A stretch of 63,684 nt of DNA, the filler included, from Octopus bimaculoides (lineage: Eukaryota): NCBI RefSeq assembly GCF_001194135.2. It is 4 parts of 3 records of this genome, joined end to end, with 100 filler letters (N's around TTAATTAATTAA, not from the genome) between each part and the next. Parts side by side here need not be neighbours in the genome. Positions count along the whole stretch, not along the records: positions 1 to 29,592 come from NC_068984.1; positions 29,693 to 50,109 come from NC_069004.1; 2 more parts are not named here. The stretch is one strand, 5' to 3'. A program made the translations under genes and the position numbers. Below the pieces are notes generated by a model. The model saw nothing but the letters and a program-made list of their open reading frames with translations, was not told where the DNA came from and ran no database searches. Position 1 is the first letter of the stretch; the number at the start of each line of letters is the position of its first letter. Positions 27,929 through 38,879 of this stretch are shown piece by piece.

Positions 27929-28086
27929 AGTAGCTGTGTGGTAAGTAGCTTGCTTACCAACCACATGGCTCCGGGTTCAGTTCTACTGCGTTGCACCTTG
28001 GACAAGTGTCTTTTACTATAACCTCGGGCAGAATAAAGCCTTGTGAGTGGATTTGGTTCACGGAAACTGAAAGAAGCCCGTCATAC

Positions 28087-28131
<45 letters not shown>

Positions 28132-28342
28132 TGTTTATGTGTTTGCGCTTGTCCCCCCACAATCGTTTTTGACAAGCAATGTTACTGTGTTTACGTCCCC
28201 ATTACTTAGCGGCTCGGTAAAAGAGGCCGATATAATAAGTACTAGGCTTACAAAGAATACGTCCTGGGCCTGGGGTCGATTTGCTTGACAAATGTCTGTG
28301 CACCAGCATGGCCGCAGTCAAATGATTAAAACAAATAAAAGA
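27929..28342 (+). mobile_element. SINE family A, full length (~410 bp) with internal (TA)(TG)n
   Basis: Head GCTGTGTGGTAAGTAGCTTGC..GGGTTCAGTT, body GGAAACTGAAAGAAGCCCG, and tail CCAGCATGGCCGCAGTCAAATGA.TAAAACAAATAAAAG. Confidence 0.92.
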
Positions 28343-29556
28343 CTATACATATATAAATATATATATATATATAAGAGAGATTTTGTTTGTTTGTCTGTTT
28401 GTCCTACAAACCATAATTGAGATACATTCTCATTTATAAGCGTGGGTCTTTTGTCCACTTTCACACTTTGACTATGGTGATGATAATGATGATGATGGTA
28501 TGTGCCGAGTTAAAGTTCCAAAATTTTCAAATCGGCATCTTTCAATCTCTCTCTCACACTCTCTTTCTTTCGCTCTAAAAGAACGCAGACACGCACACAC
28601 ACACATACACAAACACACATATATATATAAATATATTCACTCAAATATATTCATTCAGATATACTTATTTTTCTGACTTCTCCGTTCAGATATAAATATA
28701 CAAATTTCTTTCACATAAGCAGAGACAACCTGACAGTGAAGCCATACGCACACAGACACAAATTCACAGTGAAACGAAAATCATCGACACACCAACAATA
28801 CAACCACACAGCACTTTACCCTGGATTCCTGTTTATAGCGTCGGAATTTCAGTAAAAGCACTGACACCATTCAGCATTTGTAAATTCATTTCACTATTAT
28901 TTACTGATATTCACACATCATGTGTACATTCATTTCACTACAACTTACTGATATTCCTTATCAAAAACATTCTTCATTCCCTTAAGCTATTCGTCTATAT
29001 GAAATATCTATTTTCCTTGCATTACTGTACCATAGCGTCCGAATTTCATTTCACTATTACTGATATTTATTATCAAAAAAATGTCTCATAAAAAAAAAAC
29101 CTTCACAAAAAGAACACCAAACAAACGCAAGACGTGTATCAGAATACGAAGATGAGGCACGCGTACAGATTGCAGATCAGCGACAGAGAAAGAAAGTTCG
29201 TCGTGCATCTGAAACCGAACTTCAACGAAATGCCCGACTTGCAGTTATCAAACAAAGAATGGCAGCTCGAAGTGCAGCAGAAAACGAAGACGAAAGACAT
29301 GCATGACATGCAGCTGATCGCCTTCGAAGAGCATCACATCGTAAGCAGGAAACAACACGAGAAACTGAAAACAGACTTGCAGATAGCCAACAAAGATTGA
29401 TATTCATCTTTCTTCTACTTCAATTATTACATAGTTTTCTCTTCTAAAAAATGCACACATACAGGAAGAATAAATTATACATATAATAATACATTCAATG
29501 TGGCTCCAGATAAACAGTAACAATAATTACCAGATCAACGACGGGTTTTACTGCTA

Positions 29557-29557
<1 letters not shown>
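28343..29557 (+). mobile_element. Non-autonomous Helitron (~1.2 kb) retaining the N-terminal ET..QR..RL repeat region of RepHel
   Basis: The 3' end has CCAGATCAACGACGGG (decayed subterminal hairpin) 8 nt before CTAG|T at 29554-29558. The 5' end CTATACATATATA..GAGAGATTTTGTTTGTTTGTCTG is typical but approximate. A frame at about 29133-29400 reads RRASETELQRNARLAVIKQRMAARSAAENEDERHA*HAADRLRRASHRKQETTRETENRLAD. Confidence 0.75.
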
Positions 29558-29592
<35 letters not shown>

Positions 29593-29692
29593 NNNNNNNN
29601 NNNNNNNNNNNNNNNNNNNNNNNNNNNNNNNNNNNNTTAATTAATTAANNNNNNNNNNNNNNNNNNNNNNNNNNNNNNNNNNNNNNNNNNNN
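29593..29692. other. Artificial assembly linker N44-TTAATTAATTAA-N44
   Basis: Exactly 100 bp, with a 12-mer giving stop codons in all six frames. Identical construct at 50110-50209 and 60459-60558. Confidence 0.95.
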
Positions 29693-29735
<43 letters not shown>

Positions 29736-30634
29736 TCATTTAATAAACTGAGGATATAAACCTGGGTTAGTATAAGTTTCATGTTCGGATAGTACAGTAG
29801 TCAGAGGAGCTTGTGTAGCGTTCCGTGTACCATTCTGCAATCACCCAACTACAAAACAGAATAGTACACGACACACTAGACATGACCATCTGACTGCTGT
29901 ATTATCGGAGCAGGAAACTTATAAACCTATAACGTGTTTATAAATGAGAATAGTATGTGTATATATATATATCGATATATGTGTGATAAATGTGCTAAGA
30001 CTACCCATAAAATGATAAAACAAATCAATGTATAAGTGTATGTATACATGTTTTATTTTTTATTTGTTTCAGTCGACTGCATTCGTATGTATGAGTGTGT
30101 GTGAGGGAAAGAGGGAGAGATTGTGATGAAGGGTGTATTTATATTTAAAAATATATTTAAGTTCTAGTTAATTCTCTGTGCATTTTCAACTTCATTTCCT
30201 CTATACTTCCACTTGTTTGGTTCAGTAGCGACTTATATATACATATAGGTTTGCATCAGGAGAAAATAGAACACAAAATATGAATATATATATATATATA
30301 TANNNNNNNNNNNNNNNNNNNNNNNNNNNNNNNNNNNNNNNNNNNNNNNNNNNNNNNNNNNNNNNNNNNNNNNNNNNNNNNNNNNNNNNNNNNNNNNNNN
30401 NNNNNNNNNNNNNNNNNNNNNNNNNNNNNNNNNNNNNNNNNNNNNNNNNNNNNNNNNNNNNNNNNNNNNNNNNNNNNNNNNNNNNNNNNNNNNNNNNNNN
30501 NNNNNNNNNNNNNNNNNNNNNNNNNNNNNNNNNNNNNNNNNNNNNNNNNNNNNNNNNNNNNNNNNNNNNNNNNNNNNNNNNNNNNNNNNNNNNNNNNNNN
30601 NNNNNNNNNNNNNNNNNNNNNNNNNNNNNNNNNN

Positions 30635-30668
<34 letters not shown>

Positions 30669-31203
30669 AGACGCACATACATATACACGCAAAAGGTTTC
30701 CACACAGTTGCCGTCTCCCAAATTCACTCCCAAGGCATTTGTCTGTCAGTAGTAGAAGACACTTACGCAAGGTGCCGAGCTCTCAGATTGAACCCGATAC
30801 TACGTGTTTGCAAAGCGAGCTTCTTAACGACATAGCCATGCCTGCGTCTGTAATGTTAATTATTCTGCAGAATGTGGTCAGCGTTTCATTAGTAGCTGTT
30901 GATATATTTATCGATATCGTTGACTTGTCGATATTGTTGATAAATGGAAATTTGCAGAATGATGAATCAACGACAGTAAAACCCAAATTTTATCGCGACC
31001 ATGTTCGGTATATTCAATAAATATTCGTTGGAATGATCCAGATGTTTCTTTGTCACTTTTTATCTTCTTTAATCAGATACATTAGCAGCTAATTGACGTA
31101 ATGGGTATGGTTTGACTATCGTATGCATATGGGACCGTATTTTCGTCCAGTAGCTGTATCTAAGACTCGTTTGTTTCATTTAAGCCATCAAAATCCATTA
31201 TAA

Positions 31204-31675
31204 GCACAGGCCTTGACTGTATGGTAAGAAGCTTGTTCCCTACCACATGGCTCTAGGTTCAATCCCACCGCATGACACCTTGGACAAGTGGCTTCTATAG
31301 CTTCGGGCTGTCCAACGACGGATTTCTTTCAGTTACCCGTCTACCAAATCCATTCACAAGGCCTTGGACAACCCAAAGCTATAGAAGCCACTTGTCCACA
31401 CATACACACATACACACGCACACACACAGACACATATATGTGTGTGTGTGTTGTGTATGTATGTGTGTGTATGTGTGTATTTGTATCTGTGTTTGATAAT
31501 CGGTGTTGGTGTGTTTATGTCCCAGTAACTTAAGGATTTCGCAAAGACATCGATAAAATAGTTACCAGGCTTTAAACAAATGTACTGGGGACGATTCGTT
31601 CGACTAAAAATTCCTCAAGGCAGTGCTCCAGCATGGCCGCAGTCTAATGATTAAAACAAATAAAAGATAAAAGAT
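31204..31675 (+). mobile_element. SINE family A with a short internal inverted segment
   Basis: Head and tail are present. GACAAGTGGCTTCTATAGCTT (31285-31305) is mirrored by AAGCTATAGAAGCCACTTGTC (31376-31396). Confidence 0.85.
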
Positions 31676-32500
31676 CCTTCTACCCACACCCATTATTCTT
31701 GGGAAGGCCCGGGGGGTCCTGGGAGTCCCCAGGCACCTCCTCCATAGGATCCTATCAGAAGCAACTCTCATTTCACATTCCGGATGGATTCCCAAGTGTG
31801 ACCAACTGAGATTATGGATATGATCCAACCATCTCATTCTTGGTCAACCACAAGGTCCCCTGCCAGTTGGCTTGACCTGAAGAATCCATCATGCGATCCT
31901 CTCCTGCGACATTCGAATCACATGTCCGTAGTATCAGAGCAAAAATCTTTCCACTGCAAATAAGTAGCTGCTGGACCTGGAGAGACAACCTGTTCTCTGA
32001 GCTACGCATCCTTTTGAATAGCGTTATTCCAGAAATCCTTTCGAGAACCCTATTTCGGCCGCTTGTATTCGGGATCATATTCTTTCGGTGATTACCCAAC
32101 TTTCAGGATCGTGGGTGAAGATAGACACAGGAACCGAACTGAAGATAATAATTCTGGCTTTTTTTCACCAACCTCTGCTTTTCTGGGGATCGAAAACTGT
32201 AGGAGGCACATGACTGTAATATTTCCGAAATAATTACTTTCAAAATATTGGACTTCAAGATTAATATATTCCCGCGATAATGACATCCTGTTTTATCTAA
32301 TATTCTCTTGGAGATTCGTCTTCAATGTTTAGGTTTTTAAATCAACCATTATCGATGAATTGTTTAATTCAAATAATATCGATATCAGACTTCATGGCTG
32401 ATTCAATTTCTGTTGTGGTAACCAGCATTCTATTAAGATATCCATCAATAATTTGATACATTTAGAATCCAGATAGAACACAGTTTTTATGACTTCCATC
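31670..32500 (-). mobile_element. RTE-clade LINE 3' region (RT C-terminus and tail), decayed
   Basis: The minus strand has PTILKVG (cf. P.LTYG), LGITL...R..QL..F.H..RM-like segments, and G..RMRWLDHIHNLSWSHLGI typical of the RTE C-terminus. Confidence 0.75.
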
Positions 32501-32599
32501 CAACCCGTCATCAGGTCACATTGACAGTCTTTATGACGCAAAAGCATTTCCATGTTTGTAGCTTCATGTCGGACTTTATACTACGGTGGCAAACTGACA

Positions 32600-32775
32600 A
32601 AGTCGTTACGGCGCCGGACGAAATCCTTAGCGGCACATCTTCCGGTTCTTTACGTTCTGAGTTCAAATTCCGCATAAGTCGACTTTGTTTTTCATGCTTT
32701 AGGAGTCACTAAAATACGTAGCAGTCGAGCACTTCCCTAAAAATTGCTGGCCTTGTGCCGAAATTCGAAAGAATA
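32600..32775 (+). mobile_element. SINE family B
   Basis: GCGCCGGACGAAATCCTTAGCGGC..TACGTTCTGAGTTCAAATTCCGC..GTCGACTTTG..GGCCTTGTGCC. Confidence 0.85.
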
Positions 32776-33452
32776 TCGAACAGTATAAAATTTTCTGACG
32801 TTATAAATGTTGAAAGGTAAATAGCTTGTGATCGATGGTTAATTCAAAATGTCGTTCATTGAGGAATTGATTAAACAGAGAATCTAATAGATAATCCCTT
32901 CGCTGTTGACGTGCATTCAATATTTTTGATGCGTGATCCTATGGACTTTAGCTCCATGTTGTATCACAACCACTCTAACGCCGATTGGCAACACATCTAC
33001 TGCCAAAATAAGTGGCAAATTTTCATTGTAATCTGTAAGCACTGTGGCTTTAATCACTTCTGAATGGTTCGTCCATGTTTGCTGTAAGTTTTGTCATGGT
33101 TTTATTGAACGTATAAAATTCAGCTTTGGAAATACCAATATTTCATTTACATTTTGGCGAATCGCTAATTTTTAAACGACATCGTTATTTTCCTAGGATA
33201 CTCTTTTGTCGGATGGACCAATAATATAATCAAAACAATCGACTTCATTATGAAAAAATTTGCATTTTCTTTATGACATTTTAAACAATTATTTTTATTA
33301 ATTAAATAATATTTTAAAATTATTTAGTTGTTGTTCATCCGACGTCTCGGTAAGAATGATATTGTTGAGATGTCATTCTCAACGTTTGGCTCCAGATACA
33401 TTGCGCGATGTTCTCTTCTAGATAACGTTTATCAGACAAGACACTGATTTAT

Positions 33453-33519
<67 letters not shown>

Positions 33520-33521
<2 letters not shown>

Positions 33522-33720
33522 GAGAATATACAAATAATAACAACAGACGAGGACAGGTGGTGTAAATAACAAAAGTATATATTAGTATGACGCTCGGGAA
33601 TACGGAAAGTCTTTGACGTTTCGAGCTACGCTCTTCAACAGAAAGAATACGGAGACAAGGAGAAAAACACGGAGAAAAAAATTGAATAGTGTTCAGTCAA
33701 CGGTCAATATCAATATATTA
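33520..33720 (-). mobile_element. Penelope-like element terminal (pLTR) remnant containing a minimal hammerhead-like motif
   Basis: Follows a (TA)n tract. Minus strand TCTTT-CTGTTGA-A-GAGC-GTA-GCTC-GAAA-CG-TC-AAAGA at 33610-33646. Assignment to Penelope is inferred from this motif type. Confidence 0.6.
33610..33646 (-). ncRNA. Candidate minimal type-I hammerhead ribozyme (core variant CUGUUGA)
   Basis: 5-bp stem I (UCUUU/AAAGA), 4-bp stem II (GAGC/GCUC), palindromic ACGU stem III and a GUC cleavage triplet. A6 is replaced by U and there is one extra A. Confidence 0.55.
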
Positions 33721-33850
33721 TAAAATTAACTACCAACAAAAATAATTGGTAAGCTAACTCAAAAAATCATCACCAAAATAGCAGAAAAAACGACTGTGAA
33801 GGTATGTAGACTCCTGAAGAATCGATCCTTTTGGTTATAATAATAATAAG

Positions 33851-34147
33851 AAGAAAAGAGTTACGACGCAAAAAACATATACATTAAATTAATAATGTTT
33901 TATGATAAGTAGCATTCTTTTTGAAAACTTTTCGTTATTTTAATAACTATAAGGTTTTCGCAATGAACGGATTGTATTTTTAACCTGAGTGTGTTTTTTC
34001 TGGTGTTATATTTGTTTTTCCTGAAGATGTGTAAAGGAATTTTGATTTATTAAGTCTCTTAATGAATATTTTCTTTGTGCAGAAATATATATTGTGCAGA
34101 AATATATACATTTAATGTATATGTTTTTTGCGTCGTAACTCTTTTCT

Positions 34148-34148
<1 letters not shown>
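33851..34148. mobile_element. MITE-like element with perfect 39-bp terminal inverted repeats
   Basis: AAGAAAAGAGTTACGACGCAAAAAACATATACATTAAAT (33851-33889) is the exact reverse complement of 34110-34148. Confidence 0.8.
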
Positions 34149-34189
<41 letters not shown>

Positions 34190-34339
34190 GTACACATAAT
34201 ACATACATATATACATACATACATACATACATACATACATACACACGCATACACACACACACACTCACACACATACATATATAAGTTGAAAATTAAAATT
34301 TGAAATTTAAGATTTACGTGTTCTGTATGTCTGTAGTAC

Positions 34340-34500
34340 ATTATTTACTTTATTTACATTAAACGGATATTTGTCCTTATCTTGTTTGTTGTTAACGTAA
34401 CATTTCGGCTGATATACCCTCCAGCCTTCATCAGGTGTCTTGGGGAAGTCTCGAACCCGGGTTCTTATTCCTAAGGTATTTTTCGATGTTATTATTATTA
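34340..34500 (-). mobile_element. Penelope-like terminal remnant with a hammerhead-like core
   Basis: Minus strand GACAC-CTGATGA-A-GGCTG-GAGGGTATAT-CAGCC-GAAA at about 34403-34439. Stems I and III are degenerate in this copy. Confidence 0.65.
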
Positions 34501-34515
34501 TTATTATCATTAATA

Positions 34516-34558
<43 letters not shown>

Positions 34559-36384
34559 NNNNNNNNNNNNNNNNNNNNNNNNNNNNNNNNNNNNNNNNNN
34601 NNNNNNNNNNNNNNNNNNNNNNNNNNNNNNNNNNNNNNNNNNNNNNNNNNNNNNNNNNTAATAATAACATCAAAAAATACCTTAAGAATGAGAACCCAGG
34701 TTCGAAATATATGAGTGCATGTGTGTGTCTATGTACATATGTATATATATGTGGTGTGCATGTGGGTATGTATGAATGCATATATTGCAAATGTAGGCAT
34801 ACACCTGCGAAAATGTATTTAGGTGTTTTTACCTATCAGACACTTCGAATCTGTTTGCTTTGTGACGGAGTTAAGGAGTTGGGTTGTGATTGTTGAACTA
34901 CGACGTGTTTCGTCGGCTGCATGAATGATTGAAGTGAGACCTGTGAATGTTTATTTGAAATATTTATTGTCGCACATATAGACAACTGGTGTTGATCATT
35001 TACAATTAACAACATAAATGATTACACACTGGGAGAGAGAGATACAGCTCTGAGATTACAGAAAACTATCTGTACAAGAACATGCAGTCGGACCAACATG
35101 ACTGGAATCAATTGTGCTATCTTCGTAGTGATGAAGGTTCTTGGTCATCTGTCCTAGGCTTTCTGCGTTGACCGTCTTCCTGGCAAGAATGGGGGCACGT
35201 ATTGCTCAACTGCCTCAACGTTCTGCAATTAATTACGGCCAAAAGCGATCCTTTATAGAGTACAAGGAGAAGGTTCTAGAAGATTAAATCACGCTTCACG
35301 CTTTTCAGTTGCTTAATAGACCGATCACGTGAAACTATTGTAGTTTGGTCGTGGCTTCTGACTAGTTATCTAGCAGTTCGGGTTTCGTATCACCACAACA
35401 GTTTTAACTTTTTAGAAAACCTACACACATATGACGTATATTGTTAAAACACCAGCTGTTGACTTTGGCTTCATTTTACAGTCATTTCAGTCATTTATTC
35501 TAGTTTATCGTAGTTTACAGTGAATTAAGGCTTTGTTGCGCTGCATAAACAAATTTGCTTTTTTTTAATGCCAAATTCCGGTGAGTTGCTATTAGTTACT
35601 CTTTCAGCAGCGTGTTATGTCATAATGAATAGATGCGAACATAATTACATATTTTTATTATGCGGTTTATTGAACAACAAAACAATTGAATATAAACTTC
35701 TAATAACTACTGGTAGAGAATGGAGCGAGATAAGAATAGAACATGGTATTGACTAGTTAGGCTCGAGATGCTGAGAAGAATTGGCTTGCAAATATAAAGA
35801 ATACTTTTTTTAAAAAATTTCTAGTTGGATTTAGCAAAGGAAAACTTGGTGTTGCTGGGCGAAAGATGTGGAGGGGTGTTTTCTGGAGCTCTCATATATC
35901 TTTGTCTAGATTCTTGGAGCGGAAATGCTTCAATTCTGTGAAAATCGGGAGAAGCTCAAGGACATTCGATGACGTTTCATATGGCTGCAAGACGATTGGT
36001 CGATAATTAAAACAACGCGTGATCAACTCATGCCATCGACTTGATAACTGCAATATTTTAGGTTCGGTTCTAGCTCTCACTACAGTTTCAAATTATATCT
36101 TTTATTTTTGAGGTAAAATAAACATTAGAGATGCTTTTACCCCGTACAGAAACTGCTTGAACTACTCAGAGATATTGCAAATCCTCCGCCAGATATTTAA
36201 GACGGTAGTAACGTCAAACAGCCATATTGATGGGGCAATAAATATTACTTCTTAGTATCGTGACTACTTTCATCTCTTATTGAGATTTTTCTGGCTAGCA
36301 ACTTTACTTGTTGCAAAATCAGTGATCGATGGTCACCTATTTTTCTATATATAGCGAATGCATGCTATTTCTAGCAGTCACGTG

Positions 36385-36435
36385 TTCACAACTGAAGATG
36401 GGCACAAGTAGCTCGAAACCGTTCGGTCTCGCGAG
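36385..36435 (+). ncRNA. Candidate type-I hammerhead ribozyme
   Basis: TTCACAA-CTGAAGA-T-GGGC-ACAAGTA-GCTC-GAAA-CC-GTTC-GG-TC-TCGCGAG: CUGANGA/GAAA core with one extra U, 4-bp stem II, 3-bp stem III with a tetraloop, GUC site, and stem I with two A-C mismatches. Confidence 0.65.
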
Positions 36436-36629
36436 CCTGTCGTCTGCTGGAATATGGTAGAAGTTCGCTCCCCTGATTGCAATACATACAAAGTGTTTTT
36501 TGCATCGGTAACCAGCTGGAGAAGGATCTGTCTGGGGTTAAAGCGGTAGTAACGTCGAACATTCGTATTAATGTAGCGATAAATATTACTTCTTAGTACA
36601 GTAACTACTTTCATCTAGCTAGCTACTTT

Positions 36630-36663
<34 letters not shown>

Positions 36664-36719
36664 TTACGCACACACATACTTATATCTGTATAACATTGTT
36701 CATTCTATTGAGAGTAAAA

Positions 36720-36834
36720 TCGTTTTGGGTTCAGCCTCAATGCGTGGCATCTTAGGTAAGGGCCTTCTGCAATTGTGCAGAGCCAGCCAAAGCCTTGTGA
36801 GTAGATTTGGCAGATGAAAACTGAAAGAAGCCTG

Positions 36835-36923
<89 letters not shown>

Positions 36924-37198
36924 TACACACATACATATATCTGTGTGTGTGTGCATGTGTGTGCGCGCGCACGTTTCTTTGTCTCTGTATTTGCCCTCCA
37001 CCACCGTTTGACAGCCGGTGTTGGTGTATTTACGTCCCTGCAAATTAGCAGTTGCGGCAAGAAACCGTTAGCATTAGAACCGGGCTTAAAAAAGAGAAAA
37101 AAGTACTTGGGTCGATTCATTGGACTAATTACTCTTCAAGGGGCTGCCCCAGTATGGTCGCAGTCTTATGATTGAAACAAGTAAAATATAAAAGATAA
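36720..37198 (+). mobile_element. SINE family A (5'-truncated) with an expanded internal (CT)n(TA)n
   Basis: CCAAAGCCTTGTGAGTAGATTTGGCAGATGAAAACTGAAAGAAGCC...CCAGTATGGTCGCAGTC..GAAACAAGTAAAA. Confidence 0.85.
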
Positions 37199-37751
37199 AC
37201 CTGTCAATTATTATCGATATTCCAATATAACATGCTTTAGGTTGTACTGTACCATTTTCACAAACCGAACTCTAACATATATCTATATAACATGGTCCAT
37301 TTTATGCAGAGCAAATTTACAAGACATTCAATGACACTGTGTATCACGATTTTTGTTCTTGGGTAGAAACTGTTGTTTCTTACTTGCTTTCCCTTAGAAA
37401 GTATGAAAAATGGCTAACATTTCCTTCAAACTTTCCTTTTGTTACATTTATTCAAACCCCAAAGATTCCCTCTCACTACATGGCTACAATGATCCTCAAC
37501 TATTCCTGCTCATGGTCAGAGATGCGCATATTGTCAGCCCCTAACGGACATGCTCATGTGGTTAAGGTCAAGCAAATGACAAGCAAATCTGTGGTATTGA
37601 GCAGAATATTTGCTCTAACGATATTTCTGCTTCAGCAATTCGGGGCTGAATCTGTCTGAAATGTAATGGAAAATTGATCAGTTTCAAAACATTGAAGTCC
37701 AGCTCACAAAAGCAAAGTTTGAAGGGTATTGTAGTCATTTACTTTGATTTC

Positions 37752-37880
37752 TACAGGGTGTCCACAATGTCTGGGTACATGGAGTAAATAAAATCATGAC
37801 ATAAGCAATTAGATATAAGAAATAATAATTTCTTAAAGTATGTGTTAATCCCCATGTAACCAGACTGTGGACACCATGTA
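37752..37880. mobile_element. Tc1/mariner-type MITE (129 bp) flanked by TA
   Basis: TA-CAGGGTGTCCACAATGTCTGGGTACATGG ... CCATGTAACCAGACTGTGGACACCATG-TA. About 30-bp TIRs with the CAGGGTG start typical of Tc1/maT elements. Confidence 0.8.
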
Positions 37881-38522
37881 GATAGACCAAAGCCAAAATA
37901 AATAGATAAATAAATAAAATAAAATTGTTTATTACACTGTGTTATTACACACCATGCCCCAATATCCTAATATAATGTACTTTAGTTTCTACTATACCAT
38001 TACAACAAAACCATACTATAATATATATCTATATAACCTGGTTCATTTTATGCAGAGCCAATTTATAAACCTTTCAATTGTTACACATCATGTCCCAGTA
38101 TCCCAATATAACATCCTTTACTTTCTGCTGTATCATTACAACACACCATACACTACTATATAATTTGCTGATCACACCATGTGGAACCATGTTGCATACT
38201 AGCTATGGCTGGGCCTGCTTTTCTGAGGAGCAATCGGGCAAACTTCAAATAATTTTACACACATATTTTAATGCTATATACCATTCCTTTATTACTAATA
38301 TTTATATGATTACTTTGATAGCTACTCATGTATGTAATGTAATTTAAAAAATAAAACCATGCTTATTTTTTTCAAAATTAATTACAAAATTATTAATATT
38401 ATCATATACCATAGCAAAGTCTATGATCTTACATTGCTTTTTTTTTCTACCCTCTTCGGTCATACGTTTTTTTTTTGCTTCAGTAGTGTGGTTGGTTTCC
38501 ATGGAGAAATTCCATAAAACCC

Positions 38523-38573
<51 letters not shown>

Positions 38574-38577
38574 GAGT

Positions 38578-38705
38578 CAACTTTGCTTTTCGTCCTTTCG
38601 GGAGTCGATAAAACGAAGAACTAGTCGAGTACTGGGGTAAGATGGTATCGACTAACCCCTTCTCTCTAAAATTACTGGCCTTGTGCCTATAGCAGGAAGA
38701 ATTAT
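38578..38705 (+). mobile_element. SINE family B, 3' part after an (ATT)n tract
   Basis: GTCAACTTTGCTTTTCGTCCTTTCGGGAGTCGATAAA..GTACTGGGG..GGCCTTGTGCC. Confidence 0.75.
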
Positions 38706-38879
38706 AATTATAATTTTAATAATAATAATAATGATTTCATTTATTTGCTACTAGGGCAAAGGATGAGGGGGACAATACAAAGAGAAGCATAAAATGTGGG
38801 GGCATAAAATAATGATAAAATGGTAAGTATAAACGGTAAGTATAAACGCTGAAAAAAATGGGACATATAAAAGAGGTGG

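Noticed and set aside
29637-29648. TTAATTAATTAA repeated three times in the window, as a possible regulatory or recombination site
   Set aside because: Always centred in exactly 44+44 Ns, so it is an assembly linker.
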